Below, in pieces: positions 1-7,320 of a DNA stretch of 17,055 bases. Both the position numbers and the translations under genes were made by a program. Each line of letters starts with the position of its first letter. Position 1 is the first letter of the stretch. The notes below the pieces were generated by a model. That model was not told the origin of the DNA. It made no database searches and saw only the letters and a program-made list of their open reading frames with translations. Origin of the DNA: Sulfurovum sp. (GTDB lineage Bacteria; Campylobacterota; Campylobacteria; Campylobacterales; Sulfurovaceae); NCBI GenBank assembly GCA_002733355.1, contig NVVN01000001.1:228688-245742 (forward strand). Direction: 5' to 3'.

Positions 1-593
1 AGATGTGCCAATGCACTTTTAATATATCTATTTTCATCACTCTTTTCTATCCACTCCAAAAGCATTTCTATAGATTGGGATGGAGGTGCAATATAGTGTA
101 CTTTTTCATGCCCTATAGGTCCAGAGACTACTTGCGTATCATCATGCTCTCGAAACGAGGCAATACGAATCTTGTGTAAAAGATCATAGGAGGAAACAAA
201 AAGGCAATTATGCCAGCCATGTAATCGCTCTTGGGTAAGTATGGTTTGGTTAGTGTTACAATCTATCAATACTTCTACCAAGGCATCAGTCTGATGGGTA
301 GATGTATCATTCTTAGTATCAAAATGTTGCAAAAGCTTTTTATATAACGATGCTCTTACGCTCTCTCTTTTGAGATATTCGCCCTCTATTGCCGAAGTAT
401 TGATTGCTTCATTTACAAGTGCTTCTATTTTAATAGATTTGATATCTGTTTGATTCATTGATTTGGATATACCATGCAAAATACCATGATGATATTCTAT
501 CTGCATAAGAAGTTCTATAAGTGATGTTTTATCATACTTAAAATGTGGATAGTCAACATGTTGCCATATCCACTTTTGAGGGCTACTCTTCAT
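1..593 (-). CDS. Fic family protein with DUF4172-type N-terminus, class II; partial, runs off the left edge
   Basis: Not in the ORF track; translated by hand from ATG 593 (GGAG SD at 601-604): MKSSPQKWIWQHVDYPHF...AINTSAIEGEYL...LTQERLHGWHNCLF...QVVSGPIGHEKVHYIAPP...IKSALAHL. WIWQ..P.F, TSAIEG, LHGWH and VVSG..G.EKVHY.APP are typical of DUF4172-Fic proteins. The catalytic HPFxDGNGR motif would lie just beyond the window. Confidence 0.88.
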   Translation of the reverse strand, partial: MKSSPQKWIWQHVDYPHFKYDKTSLIELLMQIEYHHGILHGISKSMNQTDIKSIKIEALVNEAINTSAIEGEYLKRESVRASLYKKLLQHFDTKNDTSTHQTDALVEVLIDCNTNQTILTQERLHGWHNCLFVSSYDLLHKIRIASFREHDDTQVVSGPIGHEKVHYIAPPSQSIEMLLEWIEKSDENRYIKSALAH

Positions 594-626
594 AACTTTA
601 CTCCAATGAGCCGTTTATTTAGAGTA

Positions 627-635
627 ATAGTATCA
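627..635 (-). promoter_or_regulatory. Extended -10 element (TG-A-TACTAT) for the fic gene
   Basis: Minus strand reads TGATACTAT about 33 nt upstream of the fic ATG. Confidence 0.45.
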
Positions 636-681
636 TAATATGAGTCGATTAGTCAATTTATTCGTATCATTTTTGATGCGG

Positions 682-1944
682 TTACTTCTCAATCCTCATC
701 ATAGCAATCTCACCACGCACCACATCAAGCTTACCAAGAGCAGTCATAGCCTCTTGCATTTTGCTCTCTTTAGTTTTATGCGTGGTAAATAATAGTTTAG
801 CCATGCTAGCGTCATCTGTAGGCTTTTGAAGCATCGCTTCTATGGAGATGCCGAACTCACCAAGTGTGGAAGTGATGTTGGCAAGTGCTCCACTCGCATC
901 TATGACTTCTAGTCGCAGATAGTACTGAGTGACTATCTCATCACGGCTTAGGAGTTTGAGTCCTGACTCTAGCCCTTTTTTGTAGCCTAGCATAGGACCC
1001 TGGTTTCCACGTACGATGTCTACGATGTCTGAAATGACAGCTGATGCCGTAGCATCACCCCCAGCTCCAGGACCATAATACATGGTCTCACCTACACGAT
1101 CACCTATGACAGTAACTGCGTTCATTACGCCATCAACTTTTGCTATCATAGAGTCTGCTGGAATCATGGTTGCATGAACACGTAGTTCAACCCCATTACC
1201 TACTTTTTTAGCGATACCCAAAGACTTTATTTCATACCCGAACTCTTTTGCAAATTCTACATCGGTTTGCGTGATGTTTTCTATGCCTTCTATGAGTATG
1301 TCTTCTGGTTTAGCATCTATGCCATACGCGATACTTGCTAAAATAAGAAGCTTATGAGAAGCATCAAAGCCACCCACATCAAAAGTAGGATCTGCTTCTG
1401 CATAGCCTAAATCTTGTGCCTCTTTTAGTATGTCATCATACTGTGCGCCTTCGTTTATCATCTTTGTGAGCATATAGTTACAGGTACCATTCATAATACC
1501 CTGTATGGAGTCTATGTGGTTTGCCGAAAGTCCTGTTCTCAATGCACCGATAATGGGGATGCCTCCAGCTGTACTTGCTTCATACATAAGAGGGATGTCA
1601 CCTGCTATCTCTTGGAGTTCATAACGGTGATAGGCTAGTAAGGCTTTGTTCGCTGTGACTACTGCTTTACCATTTTCTAGTGCTTTTTTTACAAGTGCAT
1701 ACGGCTCTTCTACGCCACCCATGAGTTCAACTACTATGTCTATGTCTGGGTCATTTACTACGTCTAGTGGATTGTCAGAGAGCTTGATACTCACGCCTCT
1801 GTCTTTGGAAAGGTTTTTAACCACACCAGATTTAACAACTATTTTTTCGCCCGCACGCGCTTCAATGATATCTGCATTTGCTTCTAAAATATTTACTACA
1901 CTGGTACCTACTGTACCAACACCTAAAATCCCGATTCTAACCAT
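682..1944 (-). CDS. hom: Homoserine dehydrogenase with C-terminal ACT domain
   Basis: GILGVGTVG Rossmann motif, VVTANKA, YEAS.AGGIP, GIMNGTCNY, LGYAEADPTFDVGGFD, GPGAGGDATASAV and an ACT domain (YYLRLEVID..G.LA). Confidence 0.97.
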   Translation of the reverse strand: MVRIGILGVGTVGTSVVNILEANADIIEARAGEKIVVKSGVVKNLSKDRGVSIKLSDNPLDVVNDPDIDIVVELMGGVEEPYALVKKALENGKAVVTANKALLAYHRYELQEIAGDIPLMYEASTAGGIPIIGALRTGLSANHIDSIQGIMNGTCNYMLTKMINEGAQYDDILKEAQDLGYAEADPTFDVGGFDASHKLLILASIAYGIDAKPEDILIEGIENITQTDVEFAKEFGYEIKSLGIAKKVGNGVELRVHATMIPADSMIAKVDGVMNAVTVIGDRVGETMYYGPGAGGDATASAVISDIVDIVRGNQGPMLGYKKGLESGLKLLSRDEIVTQYYLRLEVIDASGALANITSTLGEFGISIEAMLQKPTDDASMAKLLFTTHKTKESKMQEAMTALGKLDVVRGEIAMMRIEK

Positions 1945-1946
1945 TA

Positions 1947-3179
1947 TTATTTATCCTTTTTCTCTGCCTCTAAATCTTTTAAAAATTTCTTAATATTTTT
2001 TGCAGCCTGTCTAATACGTTTTTCATTTTCAATCAATGCAATACGTACATACGCATCACCATATTTACCAAAACCTATACCAGGACTCACTGCTACGCCG
2101 GCTTGAATAAGCAACCGTTTTGCAAACTCCAACGAGCCCATGTCACGTGCCACTTCAGGAATCTTCGCCCAGATGAACATAGAAGCATTTGGTTTTGCCA
2201 GTGGCCATCCAGCATTGCCAAAGGCATCGATCATCACGTCACGTCTTTTTTGATAACGGGGAATGATTTGTTCATCAGGAATATATCCATGGTCATCAAG
2301 CGCTACAGTTGCTGCCACCTGTATAGGGGTAAACATACCATAGTCCAACCAAGACTTGATACTTTGAAGTGCGCCTATGAGTTTTTTGTTACCTACGATA
2401 AACCCTACTCTCCAGCCTGCCATATTGTAAGACTTAGACAGAGTATAAGACTCTACTGCCACATCTTTAGCACCCTCTACACTCATAATAGATGGTGTTT
2501 TGTATCCATCAAATGTAATATCAGCATAAGCAATGTCAGAAATGATGTAAAATCGTCTCCTTTTTGCCAATGCCACAAGTCTTACATAAAATTCTGCTGT
2601 CACCGTAGCTGTACTTGGGTTGTGTGGGAAATTCACAACTAGAAATTTTGCCTGAGGGACAGAATTGTCAAGTGCTTCTTCTACATCAGCTAAAAACCTG
2701 TCTTCATCCACTTCAAATGTCTCTTCATCAAAAATAAGATGCATTTTTTCAACATTTGCACCCGCCAAAATAAATGCCTGAGAGTGAATGGGGTATGTCG
2801 GATCTGGAACGATTGCCACATCTCCAGGATTTGAAATAGCCTGTACCAAGTGAACATACCCTTCTTTACTTCCCATAGTTGCAACTATCTCAGTATCGGG
2901 GTCAAGATCAGCACCATATTTACGTTTGTACCATCTACTCATAGCAAGACGAAGTTTATAAATACCTTTACTGGCACTATAACCATGTGTACGTGTTTTT
3001 TGTGCAGTTTCACATAACTTATCAATAATAGGTTGAGGCGTAGGTGCATCAGGGTTTCCCATGGAAAAGTCTATAATATCTTCACCATTACGACGTGCTG
3101 TCATTTTTAAATCATTAATCTCTGCAAAAAGATATTTTGGTAAACGATTTATTTTCTCAAATTGGATTTCATCAAACAT
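1947..3179 (-). CDS. PLP-dependent class I/II aminotransferase, AlaC/YfdZ-like (often annotated LL-diaminopimelate aminotransferase in this lineage)
   Basis: RLPKYLF, DIIDFSMGNPD, HGYSASKG, MGSKEG, NFPHNPS, DIAYAD and the PLP lysine motif TLSKSYNMAGWRVG. The stop lies 2 nt before the hom start. Confidence 0.9.
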   Translation of the reverse strand: MFDEIQFEKINRLPKYLFAEINDLKMTARRNGEDIIDFSMGNPDAPTPQPIIDKLCETAQKTRTHGYSASKGIYKLRLAMSRWYKRKYGADLDPDTEIVATMGSKEGYVHLVQAISNPGDVAIVPDPTYPIHSQAFILAGANVEKMHLIFDEETFEVDEDRFLADVEEALDNSVPQAKFLVVNFPHNPSTATVTAEFYVRLVALAKRRRFYIISDIAYADITFDGYKTPSIMSVEGAKDVAVESYTLSKSYNMAGWRVGFIVGNKKLIGALQSIKSWLDYGMFTPIQVAATVALDDHGYIPDEQIIPRYQKRRDVMIDAFGNAGWPLAKPNASMFIWAKIPEVARDMGSLEFAKRLLIQAGVAVSPGIGFGKYGDAYVRIALIENEKRIRQAAKNIKKFLKDLEAEKKDK

Positions 3180-3209
3180 TCTTTTCTCTCTTTATTTTTT
3201 TTCTTATAT

Positions 3210-4073
3210 TTACCATTTTTGCCAGCCACCTTGCGCGATATATTCTTCTCTACTTAAGTGGATAACACCCTCTTTACTTACTTTAAAATAATGTTCTTTT
3301 GAGTCATTATATTCTTGTGTCTCTTTTTTATATATAAAAGAAAAGGCCGCTGTGCTTGTAGCAAGTAGCCAACTCTTTTCTTTTACATCTATCTCATAGG
3401 GCTTTGAAATGGAAAAGTGATCTCTCTCTCCTGTACCCATTTCTACAAGACCAAACCAAAGTCTATGTTGTGGTACTAACTTTACACTTCCCGCCACATC
3501 TTCAACGGTAGTATTCACGTCAGTTACTTCTGTCTTTTTTTCTGTTTCCATACTTGTTAAAACAATATCTTTTTTAACAAATGTATCATTTTTAGGAACA
3601 GAAGAAAGGGCTTCACTAATACTTAAATCTTTTTCCACTGTTGCTTCATTTAGCATGCTATCATCTTTTAGAGAGGTAAGCTCTTGCGTTTTGTCATCTT
3701 GGAAAGGAAGCAGGGTCGTTAATGTCTTTTGGTCAAATTGCGTAAAAAAATACCATGTGGCATATGCCAACAATCCCAATACCAACAATAAAACCCATAT
3801 AGACCGTCCTCTTTTTTCCTCATCCATAGGTAACCCTACACTGATGCGATCATTTTCACTATGTGCATCATAATATACTAAAGCTTTTTCTTTTAGTGTT
3901 TTTAAATCTGCATCATAATCACGTTCAATAATAGAAATAAACCCTAAAGCTTTAGCCCTTTTCAATTCAGAAAAATCATCATTAATGAGTGCTTCAAGAT
4001 TATTTTCTGAAATATTTGTTTTTTTACTGATTGCTTTTACACTGTTTTCTTCAAGTATCTCATTTAATTGCAT
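3210..4073 (-). CDS. RodZ-like membrane protein: N-terminal HTH, one transmembrane helix, extracytoplasmic C-terminal domain
   Basis: N-terminal ISKKTNISENNLEALINDDFSEL...GFISIIERDY resembles the RodZ HTH. Single hydrophobic segment IWVLLLVLGLLAYATWYFF. Overlaps the rlmB end by 14 nt. Confidence 0.7.
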   Translation of the reverse strand: MQLNEILEENSVKAISKKTNISENNLEALINDDFSELKRAKALGFISIIERDYDADLKTLKEKALVYYDAHSENDRISVGLPMDEEKRGRSIWVLLLVLGLLAYATWYFFTQFDQKTLTTLLPFQDDKTQELTSLKDDSMLNEATVEKDLSISEALSSVPKNDTFVKKDIVLTSMETEKKTEVTDVNTTVEDVAGSVKLVPQHRLWFGLVEMGTGERDHFSISKPYEIDVKEKSWLLATSTAAFSFIYKKETQEYNDSKEHYFKVSKEGVIHLSREEYIAQGGWQKW

Positions 4074-4746
4074 AACCCATCCTATGTATTAAAATCGCTG
4101 CTGCTGCACTCACATTAAGTGAATCAAAAGCATGTTTCATCTCAATAGAAACCATATGGTTTATTTTTCCCATTACTTTTTTTGAAAGTCCTGTACTTTC
4201 ATTGCCCAACACCAACACTCTTTTACTACTAAAAGAAGTATGTTCAATATTTTCACCCTTCATCGCAGCACCATAAATGTTAAAACCAAGTTGTACAAGT
4301 TCATTAAAATTATCTAAAATATTTGGTGAAATCATAAAAGGCATATCTAGCAGTGCGCCTGAGCTTGTACGTGCTACAGCTGAAAAGTTCAGTTGCTTTA
4401 CACCTGTCGCGATAATAGCATCAGCACCCAAAGCATACCCCGAACGTACAATAGCCCCTATATTTCCCACATCTGTCAAACCATCGAGTACCACAATAAA
4501 ACTATGCTGTTTTACCTCAGAAAAACTTGCTTCTTCAAAATCAGTCATTTCTATAAGTAGTCCTTGGTGATTTCCACCTTTAGCCATAGACTGTGCCCAC
4601 TTCTCTTCTAAAAACTTGATATTGTCGTGATACTGATGAAACAATGCTTGGGGGAGTATGTTTTTTTTAGCCACATAAACAGTTTTAATTTTTTCAGAGT
4701 GATGCTCTAGTGCATGCAAACAGACTTGTTTTCCATATATAATCAT
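4060..4746 (-). CDS. rlmB: 23S rRNA Gm2251 methyltransferase (TrmH/SPOUT family)
   Basis: NHQG, VLDGLTDVGNIGAIVRS, LVLGNESTGL and DSLNVSAAAAIL SPOUT motifs. Confidence 0.9.
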   Translation of the reverse strand: MIIYGKQVCLHALEHHSEKIKTVYVAKKNILPQALFHQYHDNIKFLEEKWAQSMAKGGNHQGLLIEMTDFEEASFSEVKQHSFIVVLDGLTDVGNIGAIVRSGYALGADAIIATGVKQLNFSAVARTSSGALLDMPFMISPNILDNFNELVQLGFNIYGAAMKGENIEHTSFSSKRVLVLGNESTGLSKKVMGKINHMVSIEMKHAFDSLNVSAAAAILIHRMGYAIK

Positions 4747-4753
4747 AAAGAAG

Positions 4754-4759
4754 ATTTTA
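4754..4759 (-). promoter_or_regulatory. -10 element TAAAAT positioned for leaderless transcription of rlmB
   Basis: Minus strand GGG-TAAAAT-cttcttt-ATG, with 7 nt between the hexamer and the start codon and no SD. Confidence 0.6.
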
Positions 4760-4800
4760 CCCTTTTTTTGCTTTTAGGGTGTTAAGTAAGTTCCAATCAC

Positions 4801-5610
4801 CTATTTGATGAGCTCGTTATACCACTCTTTTATAGATTTGTCACTTAACTGTGCTAAGAGTTTTGCCTTAGGTTTTGGTGCCAAATCAAGATTTAAAACT
4901 TCTACAAAACTGAGACTTTTCTCCAGCACTTCTTTTGCTTTTATTATCACTACCCACTCACCTCTTATTGTAAGTGTTTTAAACTGTTCGTTGAGTGACT
5001 TTACTGTGCCTTTATAGTAGTTTTGATATTTTTTACTGATTTCTTTAGCCAAAAACAATTCTCTATTTTCATCAAGCAGTTCTATCTCTTTTAACAGTTT
5101 TTCCAGACGGTGTGGTGACTCGTAGAGTATTGTATTGTATCCATTATTCATTGCTTCACTAAGCTCAAAAGCACGTTCTTTCCCCTTATGCGGTAAAAAA
5201 GCATAAAAAAGAAACTTCCCTTCTTCAAATCCAGAGGCAGCGTAGGCTGTAGTGACAGCTGATGCTCCAGGAAGCACATCATAATGCATGTCGTGTTTTT
5301 GTGCATAGGCTACAAGAAGTTGCCCTGGGTCAGAAATAACAGGCATGCCTGCATCACTTACATAAACAACTTCTTCTTCAGCCAACAAAGCTCCGAACTC
5401 ATTTAGCCTCTCTTGTCCATTATGCTCATTAAACGAATAAAACATAGCATCAGGATACACCATCTCGAAACGTTCTTCTAGTAACTTTAAAAGCTTTTTT
5501 GTTTGACGCGTATCTTCGCAGAAAAATAGTGTTGCTTTTTCAAATGTTCGCATGGCTCGAATAGTAATATCTTGGGGGTTTCCAATAGGAGTAGGAATGA
5601 ATGTAATCAT
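4801..5610 (-). CDS. rsmI: 16S rRNA C1402 2'-O-methyltransferase
   Basis: PTPIGN.QDITIRA, CEDTR, VSDAGMPVISDPG, LYESPHRL, KEISKKYQ and RGEWVV motifs. Confidence 0.95.
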   Translation of the reverse strand: MITFIPTPIGNPQDITIRAMRTFEKATLFFCEDTRQTKKLLKLLEERFEMVYPDAMFYSFNEHNGQERLNEFGALLAEEEVVYVSDAGMPVISDPGQLLVAYAQKHDMHYDVLPGASAVTTAYAASGFEEGKFLFYAFLPHKGKERAFELSEAMNNGYNTILYESPHRLEKLLKEIELLDENRELFLAKEISKKYQNYYKGTVKSLNEQFKTLTIRGEWVVIIKAKEVLEKSLSFVEVLNLDLAPKPKAKLLAQLSDKSIKEWYNELIK

Positions 5611-5629
5611 AAAATGCCTTTAGGCAATT

Positions 5630-5659
5630 AAATAAATAAAATAGGGACAAGAGTCCCTA
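5630..5659 (-). terminator. Rho-independent terminator after rpmE
   Basis: Perfect 7-bp stem TAGGGAC-TCTT-GTCCCTA (5642-5659) followed on the minus strand by TTTTATTTATTT. Confidence 0.8.
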
Positions 5660-5674
5660 AAAGGTAAAGATGTC

Positions 5675-5875
5675 TTACGACAATTTGTATTTGTTTTTAA
5701 ATTTCTCAACTCTACCAGCAGCATCAAGAATCTTCTCAGAACCTGTGAAAAATGGGTGACATTCATTACAAATATCCACTGACATTTCAGCTTTGTTTGT
5801 TCTTACTTCAAACTTGTTTCCACAAGCACAACTTACTTTACACTCAACGTAATCTGGGTGAATTTCTTTTCTCAT
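5675..5875 (-). CDS. rpmE: 50S ribosomal protein L31, zinc-binding (C+) type
   Basis: MRKEIHPDY...CACGN...[12 protein letters not shown]...AGRVEKF, with CxC and CxxC both present. Confidence 0.97.
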   Translation of the reverse strand: MRKEIHPDYVECKVSCACGNKFEVRTNKAEMSVDICNECHPFFTGSEKILDAAGRVEKFKNKYKLS

Positions 5876-5893
5876 TTTTTAACCTTTAGTTTT

Positions 5894-5982
5894 ATTGTAT
5901 GATGGACAACTAATCCATTCTAGCATTTTGCTCTTCCTTATTTTACAAATAAGTGGTATTGCAACGCTCTAGGCGAGACAAT
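5894..5982 (-). promoter_or_regulatory. Structured 5' UTR of rpmE (candidate cis-regulatory RNA)
   Basis: Nested complementary segments forming a three-way junction between a -10 element and the rpmE SD; pairings are listed in the findings. Confidence 0.45.
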
Positions 5983-5992
5983 TAAGACCGTA

Positions 5993-5998
5993 ATTCTA
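5993..5998 (-). promoter_or_regulatory. -10 element TAGAAT for rpmE
   Basis: Minus strand CGG-TAGAAT with T-rich upstream sequence; predicts a leader of about 110 nt. Confidence 0.55.
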
Positions 5999-6020
5999 CC
6001 GAAATAAAGTTAAATCAAAA

Positions 6021-6689
6021 TTAGAGTAGTATTTTTGAAGCCACCGCACATACTGCTGACTCTGATTTTAAAACCAAAGGTGTATCAAAACCCACAATAT
6101 CTTGGGTTTCGAAAAGTGCTACTTCCTTTTCATGAAAACCACCTTCACACCCTATGACTATAGTATCTATATCATTATTAGAAACAAAGTTTTTTTCAGA
6201 AAAATTCAGCATTTTTGCACTTGGGTATTGTTCGACAAACGACGCTAAACCTTCTACCGCTTCAAGTACCATCATTTGTGATCTACCTGACTGTTGTGAT
6301 GAATTTAAAAGTATCTTTTTTAGCCGCTTAAAGTCAACTATAAAAGACTTTTGTGAACGTTTACAATAAATGAAAGTGATTTTTTCTACACCCATTTCAT
6401 TGAGAGACGGGAGTATTTTTTCTATCTGCTTGGGGTCTATGACACACCAACCAATGTGGAGTGACCGGGAAGCCTTTATCTCACATATCATACTTTCTTG
6501 CAGCGCTAACTGTGTTGCATGTTTATCCATAGTTACGATAAGATAACGATGTAAAAGTCCATCTTCAAGATTTCGTAGATACAAAATATCATCTACTTTG
6601 TGTCTCCGTACCTTAAAAATGTAACGGTGTTCATCACCTTCTAAAGTGAGTGATGGTATACCTGCATCATTATGATATAAATATAACAT
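6021..6689 (-). CDS. rsmE: 16S rRNA m3U1498 methyltransferase
   Basis: H.YIFKVRR, EMGVEKI, SSQQSGR, IGCEGGF and VLKSESA match the RsmE motifs (EQS.R, IGPEGG, LRxETA) in variant form. Confidence 0.93.
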   Translation of the reverse strand: MLYLYHNDAGIPSLTLEGDEHRYIFKVRRHKVDDILYLRNLEDGLLHRYLIVTMDKHATQLALQESMICEIKASRSLHIGWCVIDPKQIEKILPSLNEMGVEKITFIYCKRSQKSFIVDFKRLKKILLNSSQQSGRSQMMVLEAVEGLASFVEQYPSAKMLNFSEKNFVSNNDIDTIVIGCEGGFHEKEVALFETQDIVGFDTPLVLKSESAVCAVASKILL

Positions 6690-6724
6690 TTTAAATCCTT
6701 GATAATAAAGTCAAGATTTTAAAA

Positions 6725-6802
6725 CTGCTCCAGCGCAGTGAGCCAACTGCTGAAGTTGACTTAGCGTCAGCGTAGTTATCTGAGCTTAGCTTACATGGCG
6801 TC
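6725..6802. repeat. GC-rich intergenic element with hairpins; shares segments with two other spacers in the window
   Basis: Hairpin TGAGCCAACT-GCTGA-AGTTGACTTA. Segment 6769-6791 matches 9886-9908 at 19/23 positions, and 6741-6750 is the exact reverse complement of 9025-9034. Confidence 0.5.
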
Positions 6803-7231
6803 CTATAATGATATAACACCCTTAGCCTTCAAGACCATAAGCACTACCATTGCAGCGACCAATAGAATATGAATGATAGAAATTTTGATAAATGATGATT
6901 TAAGTACTTTATGTGTATCTGCATTTTGTATGTTTGCAACCTTAATTGCTTTGTACTTTTTTATCTCGATATACATCATAATAGCCCAAACAACAACCAT
7001 AATAATAGTCGTAGTTGACCAACCTAAATCACCTGTAAATACGGCTACTATCCCTGCAAATGCAATCATCGTTATAATTGCTTGAAAGATCATCGTATAA
7101 ATAAAAGAGCTTTTTCTAAATCCAAGTGGATTGCTCGCTGTGATAAAAGGAATAAGTAATCCCCCAACTAAAAAGCCTAAAAAAGCTTTTACCAACATAC
7201 TGTGTGTGACTAGCATCTGTGATACTTCCAT
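6803..7231 (-). CDS. Hypothetical integral membrane protein, about 4 transmembrane helices
   Basis: 142-aa ORF with four hydrophobic segments, a GAGGA SD and an upstream TATAAT at 7275-7270. Confidence 0.8.
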   Translation of the reverse strand: MEVSQMLVTHSMLVKAFLGFLVGGLLIPFITASNPLGFRKSSFIYTMIFQAIITMIAFAGIVAVFTGDLGWSTTTIIMVVVWAIMMYIEIKKYKAIKVANIQNADTHKVLKSSFIKISIIHILLVAAMVVLMVLKAKGVISL

Positions 7232-7269
7232 GATAATTTCCTCTGCAAATACAATTTATTTAAAAGCGG

Positions 7270-7292
7270 ATTATACCCTAATTTGCTATAAT
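7270..7292. promoter_or_regulatory. Back-to-back divergent sigma70 -10 elements
   Basis: Plus strand TGCTATAAT at 7284-7292 (moeA); minus strand GGG-TATAAT with the hexamer at 7275-7270 (membrane protein). Confidence 0.7.
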
Positions 7293-7320
7293 CAACTTAA
7301 CTTATTCATAAAGGTCAACC

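Noticed and set aside
663..680. Hairpin after hom as an intrinsic terminator
   Set aside because: On the sense strand the stem has a C-A mismatch and no U tract follows.
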